Source: Candidatus Altarchaeum sp.
Lineage (GTDB): Archaea > Altiarchaeota > Altiarchaeia > Altiarchaeales > Altiarchaeaceae
DNA: 33,919 nucleotides
NCBI GenBank assembly: GCA_018260615.1
Contig: JAGWDQ010000100.1
Coordinates: forward strand, 1 to 33,919
Direction of reading: 5' to 3'
The notes beneath the pieces were generated by a model that was not told where the DNA came from, ran no database searches, and worked only from the letters and a program-made list of their open reading frames with translations. How positions within the stretch are numbered: the stretch's first letter is position 1; every line of letters begins with the position of its first letter. The position numbers were made by a program, and so were the translations under genes. Of this stretch, positions 1-9,409 are shown one piece after another.

Positions 1-55
1 TATTACAAACAAGTAGTTGGTTTTATCATCTTTCCACAAGTTATTGAGAAGTTAC

Positions 56-149
56 AATTTACTCTTAAAAAAAGCAAAACATAATTGTCGGATACCTCTA
101 CAACATATAAATGTTGTCGCGATACTTGTCAAAGGGTTGTTTTTTATTG
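56..149. repeat. ~94-bp non-coding element, copy 1 (copy 2 at 1750-1842)
   Basis: The two copies differ only by one T in a T-run. Contains the palindrome ACAACAT-ATAA-ATGTTGT at 100-117. Confidence 0.9.
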
Positions 150-191
150 CCGGTTGTGTAATGTTTTTGGACGGTATATTGGGCGAATTCT

Positions 192-1046
192 CTAATTGGA
201 TATTGCTTGTATTTTTATTAATGGTTCTTTTTCATACTCATTACTTACAGTTAACATATTTGTCATGTCTCCCCAGTTTATGCCATCTTCAGAATAAGTT
301 ATAAATATCTCCAAGCCATCCCCCTCAACCCTCATACATTTACCTTCTTGAGTTTGTATCACATCATAAATAGGAAATACTAGTTTTTTTGGCAATATAC
401 AATTTTCCGTTTTTCTGTAATATTGCAGATCGTCTGAAGTAGCTCTCTTCGGTAAACTCCAATTCACTCCATCTTGACTTTGTAGGTATGAAACTGTATA
501 GTTGTCACCGCCACCCTCACTCGTTGCCCAGAATATTCTAAGTATGCCATTCGGTTCTTCAACTATTTTCAAATCATCAATCCTGTACACCAAACCCACA
601 ATTGTCATATCTCCCTCAACACCCCTCATATCTTCATCAACACCCCCACTTCTTATTATTTTAGAAGTGTTCCAATTAATTCCATCTTTTGAGTACGCCA
701 TCCATATACCACTATCACTATCATTAAACTCATTATATACCCACACAATTCTATAGGTACCATTTCTGTCTTCAATTATTGAAGGAAATGATGAATGATG
801 TGATGCAAACATTTCAGGGTTACTCCAATTTGCTCCATCTTGTGATTTTGACATCCAGATTGTATATGTGACAGGTTCGTCTGTAGACATTTCCCAAATT
901 AACCAATATTCTCCTTTTGAATCCTGAAATATTTTTATGTTTTCAATACCATAAGTAGTCTCAAGACAGCCCGAGCAAAATACTATAGCAATTATAAATA
1001 TTATTTCTATTGTATACATCCCACTCATAGTTATTGATTTTTTCAT
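192..1046 (-). CDS. Predicted lipoprotein with BNR/Asp-box repeats (sialidase-like propeller blades)
   Basis: Hydrophobic N-terminus ending in the CSGCLE lipobox; four SxDGxxW motifs (SQDGANW, SKDGINW, SQDGVNW, SEDGINW); paralog of 1907-2731. Confidence 0.8.
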   Translation of the reverse strand: MKKSITMSGMYTIEIIFIIAIVFCSGCLETTYGIENIKIFQDSKGEYWLIWEMSTDEPVTYTIWMSKSQDGANWSNPEMFASHHSSFPSIIEDRNGTYRIVWVYNEFNDSDSGIWMAYSKDGINWNTSKIIRSGGVDEDMRGVEGDMTIVGLVYRIDDLKIVEEPNGILRIFWATSEGGGDNYTVSYLQSQDGVNWSLPKRATSDDLQYYRKTENCILPKKLVFPIYDVIQTQEGKCMRVEGDGLEIFITYSEDGINWGDMTNMLTVSNEYEKEPLIKIQAISN

Positions 1047-1048
1047 AT

Positions 1049-1247
1049 TTATTCCTTTAAGTATGTTTCTGATAATAAAAGATTTCCTGCATATTGTCGT
1101 GATTTTATCAATATTCTTTTTTCAGTGTCCACCCAAACCATTTTCCTTATACCTACTTCTCTTATATCTTTTTCTTCTTGATTTTCATCTCCATAAAGCA
1201 CTTCAACTTTAAAGCAATTTCTTTTACCAATTTTTTCTATCCCAAGA
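1049..1247 (-). pseudogene. 5'-truncated paralog of the 2740-3027 gene
   Basis: Manual translation LGIEKIGKRNCFKVEVLYGDENQEEKDIREVGIRKMVWVDTEKRILIKSRQYAGNLLLSETYLKE* aligns with 2740-3027. Homology stops abruptly at 1247 and there is no start codon there. Confidence 0.8.
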
Positions 1248-1614
1248 TGGTTATGTCTGATATAAAAGGGAACATATTTTTTGCTCTTATAATTAATTAA
1301 ATTTTGAAGATTAAATAAAAATGTCGATATATAATATTTTTAACTACGAAATTGATTGTTTTTATATCAGTCAATTTTCCATCCTCGCTCTCTGTGTGAA
1401 TAGACAATTTTTTCAATTTCAAATCCAAAACACAGAGCACAAATAAATTGATCAAATTTTTTGGCAATTTTATTTCTTGTTTTAATACATCAATAAATCC
1501 ATATTCACTCTCTTTGTCTTTTTCTCCCTTTCGCCTTACTATTCTTAAAAAATAGATTTTTGTTTCTTTAAACTTTTTGGATTTAGGGGTGGTTTTTTGG
1601 AGTATTAGGACACC
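1248..1614 (-). mobile_element. Possible IS remnant: C-terminal part of an IS481/integrase-like transposase plus a candidate end
   Basis: Open frame 1614-1297 with no ATG (KIYFLRIVRRKGEKDKESEYGFIDVLKQEIKLPKNLINLFVLCVLDLKLKKLSIH...). Both ends coincide with truncation points of neighbouring genes. The family assignment is from recall, not a search. Confidence 0.4.
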
Positions 1615-1617
1615 CTA

Positions 1618-1747
1618 TAATGTTGATTTCCCGCATCCACTTGGTCCGACAATACTTAAAAGTCACCTTCATCTATGCTTAAATTTATTCCTTTTACTGC
1701 TGAAAATTCATTTTTCTTTACTTTGTTAACTTTGTTAAATTTCGCGC
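1618..1747 (-). pseudogene. Relic N-terminus of an ABC ATPase (LolD/MacB-like)
   Basis: ARNLTK..VKKNEFSAVKGINLSIDEGDF/SIVGPSGCGKSTL* with Walker A intact. Carries a 1-bp frameshift and a 9-bp duplication (ttaacaaag), and is truncated right after Walker A. Confidence 0.8.
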
Positions 1748-1749
1748 CA

Positions 1750-1842
1750 AATTTACTCTTAAAAAAAGCAAAACATAATTGTCGGATACCTCTACAACAT
1801 ATAAATGTTGTCGCGATACTTGTCAAAGGGTTGTTTTTATTG
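1750..1842. repeat. ~94-bp non-coding element, copy 2
   Basis: Near-identical to 56-149; lies downstream of the second Asp-box gene and directly upstream of the ABC relic. Confidence 0.9.
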
Positions 1843-1906
1843 TGAGTTATGTTATGTTTTTGATGTGATGCTGTTGGATGAATCCTCTACTCTAATTGGG
1901 ACTTGC

Positions 1907-2731
1907 TCATATCTTTATTAATGGTTCTTTTTCATACGCTTTACTTGCAGTTAATATATGACTTATGTTCCCCCAGTTTATACCGTCTTCAGAATAAGTT
2001 ACAAATATCTCCAAGTTATCCCCATCAACCCTCATACATTTACCTTCTTGATTTTGTACCACATCATAAATAGGAAATACTGGTTTTTCCGGCACCATGC
2101 AGTTTTCCATTTTTCTGTAATCTTGCATATCGTCTGAAGTAGCTCTCTTTGGTAAACTCCAATTCATTCCATTTTGACTTTGTATGTATGAAACAGTATA
2201 GTTGCCGTCACCGCTACTCTTTGCCCAGAATACCCTAAGTGATGTGGAGTTAGATTCTTCAAATATTTTTAAACCCTCAATCGTACCCCCCAAACCATTA
2301 ACTATCATATCTTCATTAATACACTCGCTGTTATTTATTATTTTAACATTATTCCAATTGATTCCATCTTTTGAGTATGCCATCCATATACCATCTATAC
2401 TGCCATTACCAATCTCATATGCCCACACAATTCTATATGTGCCACTACTATCTTCAATCATTGAGGGATTTGATGAATGATATGATGCAAAAAGTTTAGG
2501 ATCACTCCAATTAATACCATCTTGTGATTTTGACATCCAGATTGTATATGTGACAGGTTCGTCTGTAGACATTTCCCAAAGCAACCAATATTCTCCTTTT
2601 GAATCCTGAAGTAATTTTATGTTTTCAATACCATAAGTCGTCTCAAGACAACCTGAACAATAAATTATTGCCATAATTGCAAATATTATTCCTATTGCGT
2701 ATATGCCTCGCATATATATTGGTTTTTCCAT
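1907..2731 (-). CDS. Predicted lipoprotein with BNR/Asp-box repeats, paralog 2
   Basis: CSGCLE lipobox, four SxDGxxW motifs, colinear with 192-1046. Confidence 0.8.
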   Translation of the reverse strand: MEKPIYMRGIYAIGIIFAIMAIIYCSGCLETTYGIENIKLLQDSKGEYWLLWEMSTDEPVTYTIWMSKSQDGINWSDPKLFASYHSSNPSMIEDSSGTYRIVWAYEIGNGSIDGIWMAYSKDGINWNNVKIINNSECINEDMIVNGLGGTIEGLKIFEESNSTSLRVFWAKSSGDGNYTVSYIQSQNGMNWSLPKRATSDDMQDYRKMENCMVPEKPVFPIYDVVQNQEGKCMRVDGDNLEIFVTYSEDGINWGNISHILTASKAYEKEPLIKI

Positions 2732-2739
2732 ATTTATTT

Positions 2740-3027
2740 CTACTTTAAGTTAGTTTCAGATAATAAAAGGTTTCCTGCGTATGTTTGTGATTTTATCAAT
2801 ATTCTTTTTTCAGTATCAACCCAAATCTGTTTTCTCATGCCTAATTCTCTTATATTTTTTTCTTCTTCGTTTTCATCTCCATAAAGCACTTCAACTCTAA
2901 AGCAATTTACTTTACCAATTTTTTCTATCCCAAGAACAGTATATTTAAAATATCCTGAAGATACATTTCCTTCAGTAGAGACATTTATTTTTTCTTTCCA
3001 TTCTATATTCTCTTTTAAGGATAACAT
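2740..3027 (-). CDS. Small beta-rich protein matching the C-terminal domain of 6176-6862 and 7295-8302 (possibly truncated)
   Basis: Shared motifs Y.V.G.E.I...xCF.VE and WVD.E.RI.VK. Confidence 0.6.
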   Translation of the reverse strand: MLSLKENIEWKEKINVSTEGNVSSGYFKYTVLGIEKIGKVNCFRVEVLYGDENEEEKNIRELGMRKQIWVDTEKRILIKSQTYAGNLLLSETNLK

Positions 3028-3064
3028 CCTTTTTAATTTGACATTATTCTGTTATTTTTAAATT

Positions 3065-3829
3065 TTAACCCGTTGTCTTTGGAATTTCCGAACGAACCGC
3101 TGTTATTTCTTTATAAATTTCAGCAACCTTTTCTATCTCATTACCTTCAAGAATTCTCTGCAATTTTCCCTGATATAATATTCCAACCCTGCTTGCTATA
3201 TCCTCAACCTCTCCGAGAATATGGGATGAATAAAATATTGTCATTCCTTCCTTGCTTAACTTTTTTAGTAAAATCTGAATGTCCATTTTTCCTGTCGGGT
3301 CTAATCCGGAAGTTGGCTCATCCAAAAACAGAACCTTTGGATTTTTGACAAGAACGCATGCAACCCCCAGTCGCTGCCTCATACCTTTTGAGAATTGTCC
3401 GGCTTTTCTGTCCTTTGCACTTTGAAGTCCGACCATATCCAGAACATCATTAATTCGTTCTTCCTTAACACCTCCGTTTAAGTCAGCGATATAGCGAACA
3501 TTTTGTCTTGCCGTTAATGAACTATACAAATATACACTCTCCGGCAGAAATCCAATGTTTCTTTTGACTTCAATCGGATTCTTCACTATGCTGTATCCGT
3601 TTATTATTGCATCCCCTTCTGTTGGTTCAATTAAGCCAACAAGAATGTTCATCGTGGTTGTTTTTCCCGCCCCGTTAGGTCCTATAAAAGCAAAAATTTC
3701 TCCTTTATTTACGGTTAAATTTAAATTTTGCAGTGCTTTGAACCCGTCAAAGTCCTTTGTTAAATTTTTACATTCAATTATTGCTTCGTTTTTTGTTTCT
3801 TTTATTCCTTCATTCGCATTATTTTCCAT
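3065..3829 (-). CDS. ABC transporter ATP-binding protein (ABC-2/exporter type)
   Basis: Walker A GPNGAGKTT, signature FSKGMRQR, Walker B LFLDEPTSGLD, H-switch SSH. Confidence 0.95.
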   Translation of the reverse strand: MENNANEGIKETKNEAIIECKNLTKDFDGFKALQNLNLTVNKGEIFAFIGPNGAGKTTTMNILVGLIEPTEGDAIINGYSIVKNPIEVKRNIGFLPESVYLYSSLTARQNVRYIADLNGGVKEERINDVLDMVGLQSAKDRKAGQFSKGMRQRLGVACVLVKNPKVLFLDEPTSGLDPTGKMDIQILLKKLSKEGMTIFYSSHILGEVEDIASRVGILYQGKLQRILEGNEIEKVAEIYKEITAVRSEIPKTTG

Positions 3830-3885
3830 TTTTATTGATTTTGAATTATTTTTGATTATATTAATACAAAATTTATTATGTGTTT

Positions 3886-4055
3886 TTATTTTTTCGCCTC
3901 CAATTTTCTTTCTCTTTCAATTAATTCTCTCTCCATTCCAATTTCATCAGGTCAATTCGTCACGCAGTGCGTGACCATTTGGAAATGTTAAATAAAATTT
4001 CTGATGTTTCTTTACCTTTTTAATCGTCTTCAATAATAATTTGCCAATTCCACCC
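3886..4055 (-). pseudogene. Internally deleted YhcG/DUF1016 (PDDEXK nuclease family) relic
   Basis: Three pieces resembling the YhcG N-terminus (IIIEDD*KGKE), middle (KFYLTFPNGHALRDELT) and C-terminus (ERELIERERKLEAKK*) lie next to each other in ~170 bp. Recognised from recalled family motifs. Confidence 0.55.
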
Positions 4056-4063
4056 GCTATTTT

Positions 4064-6136
4064 TTATTTTCTTCCGAATTTCTTAAATATTACAATTAGA
4101 ACAATTATAGCAATTCCGATTATTGCATATCCGAGCCATTGTGAAGATGCTGACTTCGTAATAGTAACCCTTATCTGATCTTCGGATGTTTCCACTTCCG
4201 CTGATTTCGCCTTTATAATAATTTTATAATCATTAACACTTGCGTCAACCGGCGGCCTGATCTTTAAGGTAAATTTTCCCGTTGTTTGCGGCGGTAACGA
4301 AGCAATTTTTGACGGAACTACGCTTATCTCCCAGCCGGTTGGCTTTGTTACATCAAGTTCAACATCTCTTAACTCGCTCAATCCGGTATTTTGAACCTTG
4401 ATGACGGTTTCTTTCTCCTGTCCCGCTTCTATAGTAACCCATAAATCATCAATCCGCAATTTCATTGCATTGGAGCCCTGAATTAAAATACTTGCATTCA
4501 ATGTTGTGTTTGCTTTTCCGTAAACATTAATTTTAAATTTATATTCCCCGATTGTTGCATCGGTAGACGGATTTACCTGCAAAACAATGCTTTTTGTTGC
4601 CCCCGTATCAACTTCGGCACTTGAGATCTGCGGAGAATTTCCCGAACTTTCCTTAAATTTATATGTCCAGCCCGCCGGAAGTTCTTCAACCGCCAAATTG
4701 TAATTATCTTTTGCTCTTCCTTTGTTTTGGATGCTTAACGAATATTCTATCGCCTCGCCGACAACAGCACTTTTTGTTGAATATGGTGATGAAATTTCAA
4801 CTGCATAAATTTCCTTTTCCTGTCTGACATTTACTTCAAAACTTAATGTTTTTGTTTGTTTGCCTTTTACACTTGTTATTGAAATATTAACTTTATAAGT
4901 TCCCTTTTCTTCATCGGAAGGCGGGCCAACTTTGAATAATAAATTTAATGATGCGTCCTTTGTAACTTCAACCTCTGTAATTTCTTCACCCTGCGTATTT
5001 GTAATATAATATTTCCAGTTCTTGGGAACACCTGCATTTAGCCGGAAAGTATCTGCACTTTGATTGTTGTTAAGATTAACCTCAAATTTTACCTCACTTC
5101 CGGCATTGACTGCTTTTCCTCTATACATTGAAGATGCATCAAAATCATAAGTTCCCGTAGAGCCGGCTGTTACCTCTGCAATAAGTGTTAATTCGGCAGG
5201 ACTTTCGGAACCAACTTTAACCCTGAATTTGTATTCTCCACTTTTAATATTTTCAGGTGTTTTTATTTCAATGTAAAAATTACCTGTTTTTCCGGATTGC
5301 ACAAAAATTTTATTTATTTCGTTGTTATCCTGATTTAAAATCCGGTATTTAAAATTTTGATTTGTGTCAAGAAGCTGAATTTCGAAGGTTGCATCCTTTG
5401 TTCCGATGTTTTGTATATTAACATTAAATTTTTTTGTTTCACCGGAACCGATAATTACAGAGGGAAAATTTGAATAAACCCGTGCGGCATAATCCTTTGT
5501 TGTGTATGCCTTTGAAATTTTAATTGTCTTAAAATTTTTGCCCGGTTTTATGTCATAAGGATAACCTTGAGTAGTGTAATCGTCATGCTCAATAGTTATT
5601 GTGTGGGTTTGTGCCGAAACATTTTCAAAAACAAAATAGCCGTCATCACCCGTTCTGTAGCCCTTGTCAAGTATATTTACTCCTGCATTTTTGACTGCCA
5701 TTCCGGATTCGGCATCTACCACAACACCTTTAATCTCTGCAATTCCTCTTATATCTATTTCAAGAGATGAATTTTGGGAATTATTGTTTAAGGTGAGCTG
5801 CTTTGTAGTATTTTCATAATTTTCTTTTTTTACCGTAATATTGTAGGTCTTTTCGTAAGAAACATTGATTAAAATCTGAAAATTTCCGTTTGCGTTCGTT
5901 TTTATTGGCTGTAGAGAGAGAACATCCGCACTTGGGCAATTATTGCTCTCACAAGTAGAACCCAAGGCATCATAGACCTTAATTTCCGCATCTCCGACAG
6001 GGCCGTAAAAGTCATTAACCGTTCCGTTTATTTTTACTATTTCTGCCGATACTCCGTTAAATATTAATAATCCCACCAGGACCGTCAATATCAAAGTCGT
6101 AGTCCTTAAATTTTTTAACATTTTACCTTTTAACAT
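4064..6136 (-). CDS. Secreted, C-terminally anchored protein with CarboxypepD_reg-like and NEW3/NPCBM-associated Ig-like domains
   Basis: Signal peptide; repeated I.N.G...D.Y.L....LP.GW motifs; C-terminal TM helix followed by KKFGRK. Confidence 0.8.
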   Translation of the reverse strand: MLKGKMLKNLRTTTLILTVLVGLLIFNGVSAEIVKINGTVNDFYGPVGDAEIKVYDALGSTCESNNCPSADVLSLQPIKTNANGNFQILINVSYEKTYNITVKKENYENTTKQLTLNNNSQNSSLEIDIRGIAEIKGVVVDAESGMAVKNAGVNILDKGYRTGDDGYFVFENVSAQTHTITIEHDDYTTQGYPYDIKPGKNFKTIKISKAYTTKDYAARVYSNFPSVIIGSGETKKFNVNIQNIGTKDATFEIQLLDTNQNFKYRILNQDNNEINKIFVQSGKTGNFYIEIKTPENIKSGEYKFRVKVGSESPAELTLIAEVTAGSTGTYDFDASSMYRGKAVNAGSEVKFEVNLNNNQSADTFRLNAGVPKNWKYYITNTQGEEITEVEVTKDASLNLLFKVGPPSDEEKGTYKVNISITSVKGKQTKTLSFEVNVRQEKEIYAVEISSPYSTKSAVVGEAIEYSLSIQNKGRAKDNYNLAVEELPAGWTYKFKESSGNSPQISSAEVDTGATKSIVLQVNPSTDATIGEYKFKINVYGKANTTLNASILIQGSNAMKLRIDDLWVTIEAGQEKETVIKVQNTGLSELRDVELDVTKPTGWEISVVPSKIASLPPQTTGKFTLKIRPPVDASVNDYKIIIKAKSAEVETSEDQIRVTITKSASSQWLGYAIIGIAIIVLIVIFKKFGRK

Positions 6137-6175
6137 TTTGTTTAAATTTTATAAATTTTTTAAATTTTAATTTTT

Positions 6176-7255
6176 TTAAATTTTAGAAACCAGATTTGTT
6201 TCTGCGCCTGTTATACCCCCTGTTATTCTCTGCATTTTAACCAGAATTCTTTTTTCTTTATCTATCCATACAATCCATCTGGTATTTATTTTATTATTTT
6301 CTAATAAAGTTATTTCAGTCCTAAAGCTGTCCCTGCTGTTTATTTTTTCAACACCTGTGACTTTATATGTCATTTCCACTTTGTATCCTCCTGTCTGCTC
6401 ATCTACAACCTGACTCCACATAAAATTTTCATTTAATGCGAGCATCCACTGGCTAAACACAGGCACATCCAAAGAATTTCCGCCGCCCATGTTCCTGTTT
6501 CGCGTGGCATTTATCTGCGTAGCATTCATTAAATTTCTTGTGAATGTTCTTCCCATATTCAGCATGGCATTTGCCAGGTCCCCTGTGAATGTCAGTTCGG
6601 TACTTCCTGTCTTTGTTACTACCTCTGTTATTTTTCCTGTTTCTTTGTCATAGTAATAAATCGTATTTTGCTGCTGATTTTGACTCATATTCTGGAACCT
6701 TTGCTGTTGCTGAGCTGATAGTCGTGATGTCATGTTTCTTTCTTCGGCTGAAATTTCTCTTGTGGTAGAAGTAGAAACCGCATAGCAGTCCTTATTATCA
6801 ACCTTTTCCATTTTCTCAACATAAAACACCGTATTTGTAATTTGCGTAGATGTTCTGTTCACATATTCACATCCAGCAGGAAGTTCTTCTGTTGAATTAA
6901 CCTAATTTTGATTATCATCACCAGGTCTGCCTCCACCCATTCCTCCGCCCCTTGCAGGTTGTCCGTTACATATAAGTGTTTGCATTGTCATTTGCTGGGT
7001 TGTTTTGTATTCATACTTTTTTCCGACTGTAAGCGGAACATTGGCGTTCTGATTTAAATTTTCCTCTGTTACTTTATATTCCGGCATAGATGAATGTGCC
7101 GTGCCTGCTGTTTGTTCAATATACGACTCATCTCCATTAGAGACGCCTCCGTTTCCTTCACCCTGAGAGGATGGATTTAGGATTAAATACCCTCCGACAA
7201 TTATAAAAACCGCTGCTATCAAAATTCCTATCGCAACTATAATTTTATTTGACAT
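6176..7255 (-). pseudogene. Membrane-anchored beta-rich protein, paralog of 7295-8302, interrupted by one in-frame TAG at 6902-6904
   Basis: ORFs 6902-7255 and 6176-6862 are in the same frame: ...DDNQN*VNSTEELPAGCEYVNRTSTQ.... The joined product aligns end to end with 7295-8302. Confidence 0.8.
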
Positions 7256-7294
7256 TTTGTTTAAATTTTATAAATTTTTTGTATTTTTGATTAT

Positions 7295-8302
7295 TTAACT
7301 TTCATCAACAAGTTCTGTTGTGCTCGTGGTTAAACTGCCTGATTTTGTTGTTTGCTTTACTATTATCCTTTCATTTACATCAACCCACATAGTGCGAATT
7401 GTTTTGTGCTCATAATTTTTCTTGCCTTTAAACATCGGATCTTTTATGTTGCTCTCTGCGGTTTCTGTTATTTCAACATTAAAACAATCCCTGTTGTTGA
7501 TATTCTCTTGTCCTTTAACAGCATAAGTGGAAATATCTTTACTTTCATACATATCACTGCTTGAATTAGTGCTTTGCTCCCAGATAAAATCATCTTTCAG
7601 AGCAAGCATCCATTTTGAAAATAGCGTTGAATGTGTTGACGAACTTTCGGCCATTGTTCCGGTAATTGTTGTCGTGCTACCGTCAGGGGAAGAATATTTC
7701 ACCTGAATGACATTTCCTGTTTCTTTATCATAGTAATAATAAGTTATATGATTTGACATTACCTCTTGCATCCTTATCGCCCCTTGTGTCATGTTTTCCT
7801 TCTGTTCTTCAGATATCTCTGTTTTGCTTTTTTCGGAAATAACAAAACACTCTTTTCCCTCAACTCTTTCAGTTTTTTCAACTGCAAATTCAATAATTAT
7901 ATTTTGAGTTCTTGTTTCATTCTTTACCACACATCCCGAAGGAACAGCAGAATTGCTTTCATTATTTTCATCATCGCCACCAGTTTGCGTAAAGGTAATG
8001 GTACTGTGCCCACCCCCAGGTGTTATGCACTCTGTTGTTTGCATTGTGTTTTGGCTTGTTTGCTTATATTTGTATTTATTGCCGACTTTAAATGATGGAT
8101 TTGCATTCTTTTGAAGTTCAGTAGCACTAACAGTTATTTTTGGGGAATGTGCCTCTCCAGACGAGAGTTCAATAAATCCTGCATTATTATCCTGATTTTC
8201 AGATGTTTGTGATGGATTTTGCGGATTTAAAATTATATATCCTCCAACGATTATCAAAACTGCTGCAATTAAAACCCCTATCGGAACAATATATTTTGAC
8301 AT
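7295..8302 (-). CDS. N-terminally anchored, secreted beta-rich hypothetical protein
   Basis: N-terminal TM helix, Ser/Thr/Gly-rich linker, duplicated E.V.G.EC/E.I..RDC motifs. Confidence 0.75.
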   Translation of the reverse strand: MSKYIVPIGVLIAAVLIIVGGYIILNPQNPSQTSENQDNNAGFIELSSGEAHSPKITVSATELQKNANPSFKVGNKYKYKQTSQNTMQTTECITPGGGHSTITFTQTGGDDENNESNSAVPSGCVVKNETRTQNIIIEFAVEKTERVEGKECFVISEKSKTEISEEQKENMTQGAIRMQEVMSNHITYYYYDKETGNVIQVKYSSPDGSTTTITGTMAESSSTHSTLFSKWMLALKDDFIWEQSTNSSSDMYESKDISTYAVKGQENINNRDCFNVEITETAESNIKDPMFKGKKNYEHKTIRTMWVDVNERIIVKQTTKSGSLTTSTTELVDES

Positions 8303-8317
8303 TTTCGCTTTTAAATT

Positions 8318-9301
8318 TTATGATATATCCTGCCTTAAAAATAAAATATACGACGCAATGAAAAACATAACTAATGCCACAACAATCGCAATAATATTTC
8401 CCCACACCATGCTTAAACTTTCGCTTATCGGATGCTTTACCTGTTGTCCGAATCCGAACTGCATATTTTGCCTGTTCTCAAAGTACGGATTTAAGATTAC
8501 CTGATTTATATTTCTGAAATTTTCGCTCGGTGATAAATAAGAAATTTGCTGCTGTAAATTATAATTGTCCTGATACGCTTTTTGCATTGCTTTTCCCTGA
8601 CTTCCAAAGGTATATGACGGAATCGGAGCGGCAAAAGAAGCAATTGCACTCGCAATCGGAGAAATTAATAAATTTACAACTATAAATATTGCAATTGCCG
8701 CCAATAACGCATTTACGCTCTCTTTAAGAAAAATTGAGAAAAACATTCCGATAACAACAAAGGCAAGCATATAAAGGAATGTAATTAATCCGAAAAGCGT
8801 AACCCTCAGCAGGTCATCTCCGTCGGGAAATTCGCCTGTTGTGCTGCCAATCACACCGATGCAGATAATTAAACTCGTCAGAACAACGACAAAAATAAGA
8901 GATATAAAACCGAGAAATTTACCGTTTATTAAAGTATCCCTGAATAATGGCTGAGTCAGTAAAAATTTTAATGTTCCCCTTTCACGCTCTCCGGAAACGG
9001 CATCAAATCCGACAACGATTCCTATAATTGCACCGATTATCGCAACACTTGCGCCGGAAATTAAATAATTAAAAGCAGTCAATATTGACGGCTTTGGCAT
9101 GTCTATCTTTACGGAATAACCCGACCCCTGATAGCCGGTCATCATATCATTATATGACTTTAACTCCGTCTGATATGCCTGCGCTCCCTGATATGCCGCC
9201 AAAAGCAGCATTACTACAAAAATTCCAAACAAGACAATAAATCTCATACTTCTCAGATTCTCCGAAAATTCCTTTTTTGCTATAACAAATATTGGTTTCA
9301 T
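8318..9301 (-). CDS. ABC-2 type transporter permease
   Basis: IAKKEF start, GFDAVSGERERGTLKFLLTQP motif, about 6 TM helices. Confidence 0.9.
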   Translation of the reverse strand: MKPIFVIAKKEFSENLRSMRFIVLFGIFVVMLLLAAYQGAQAYQTELKSYNDMMTGYQGSGYSVKIDMPKPSILTAFNYLISGASVAIIGAIIGIVVGFDAVSGERERGTLKFLLTQPLFRDTLINGKFLGFISLIFVVVLTSLIICIGVIGSTTGEFPDGDDLLRVTLFGLITFLYMLAFVVIGMFFSIFLKESVNALLAAIAIFIVVNLLISPIASAIASFAAPIPSYTFGSQGKAMQKAYQDNYNLQQQISYLSPSENFRNINQVILNPYFENRQNMQFGFGQQVKHPISESLSMVWGNIIAIVVALVMFFIASYILFLRQDIS

Positions 9302-9409
9302 TTTAAAATTTAGTTAAAAATTTAGTTATTATTAAATTTGGTTTATAATGAAATTTAGTTAAACAAAAACAAGAGCATTGGGAAAAATTTTGAAATTTTA
9401 GTTCTGTGA

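Noticed and set aside
17-304. Plus-strand ORF and other short antisense ORFs in the track
   Set aside because: Antisense to well-supported genes and lacking protein motifs.
3958-3974. Hairpin GTCACGC-agt-GCGTGAC as a terminator or REP
   Set aside because: It coincides with codons HALRD of the YhcG-like relic and is better explained as coding residue.
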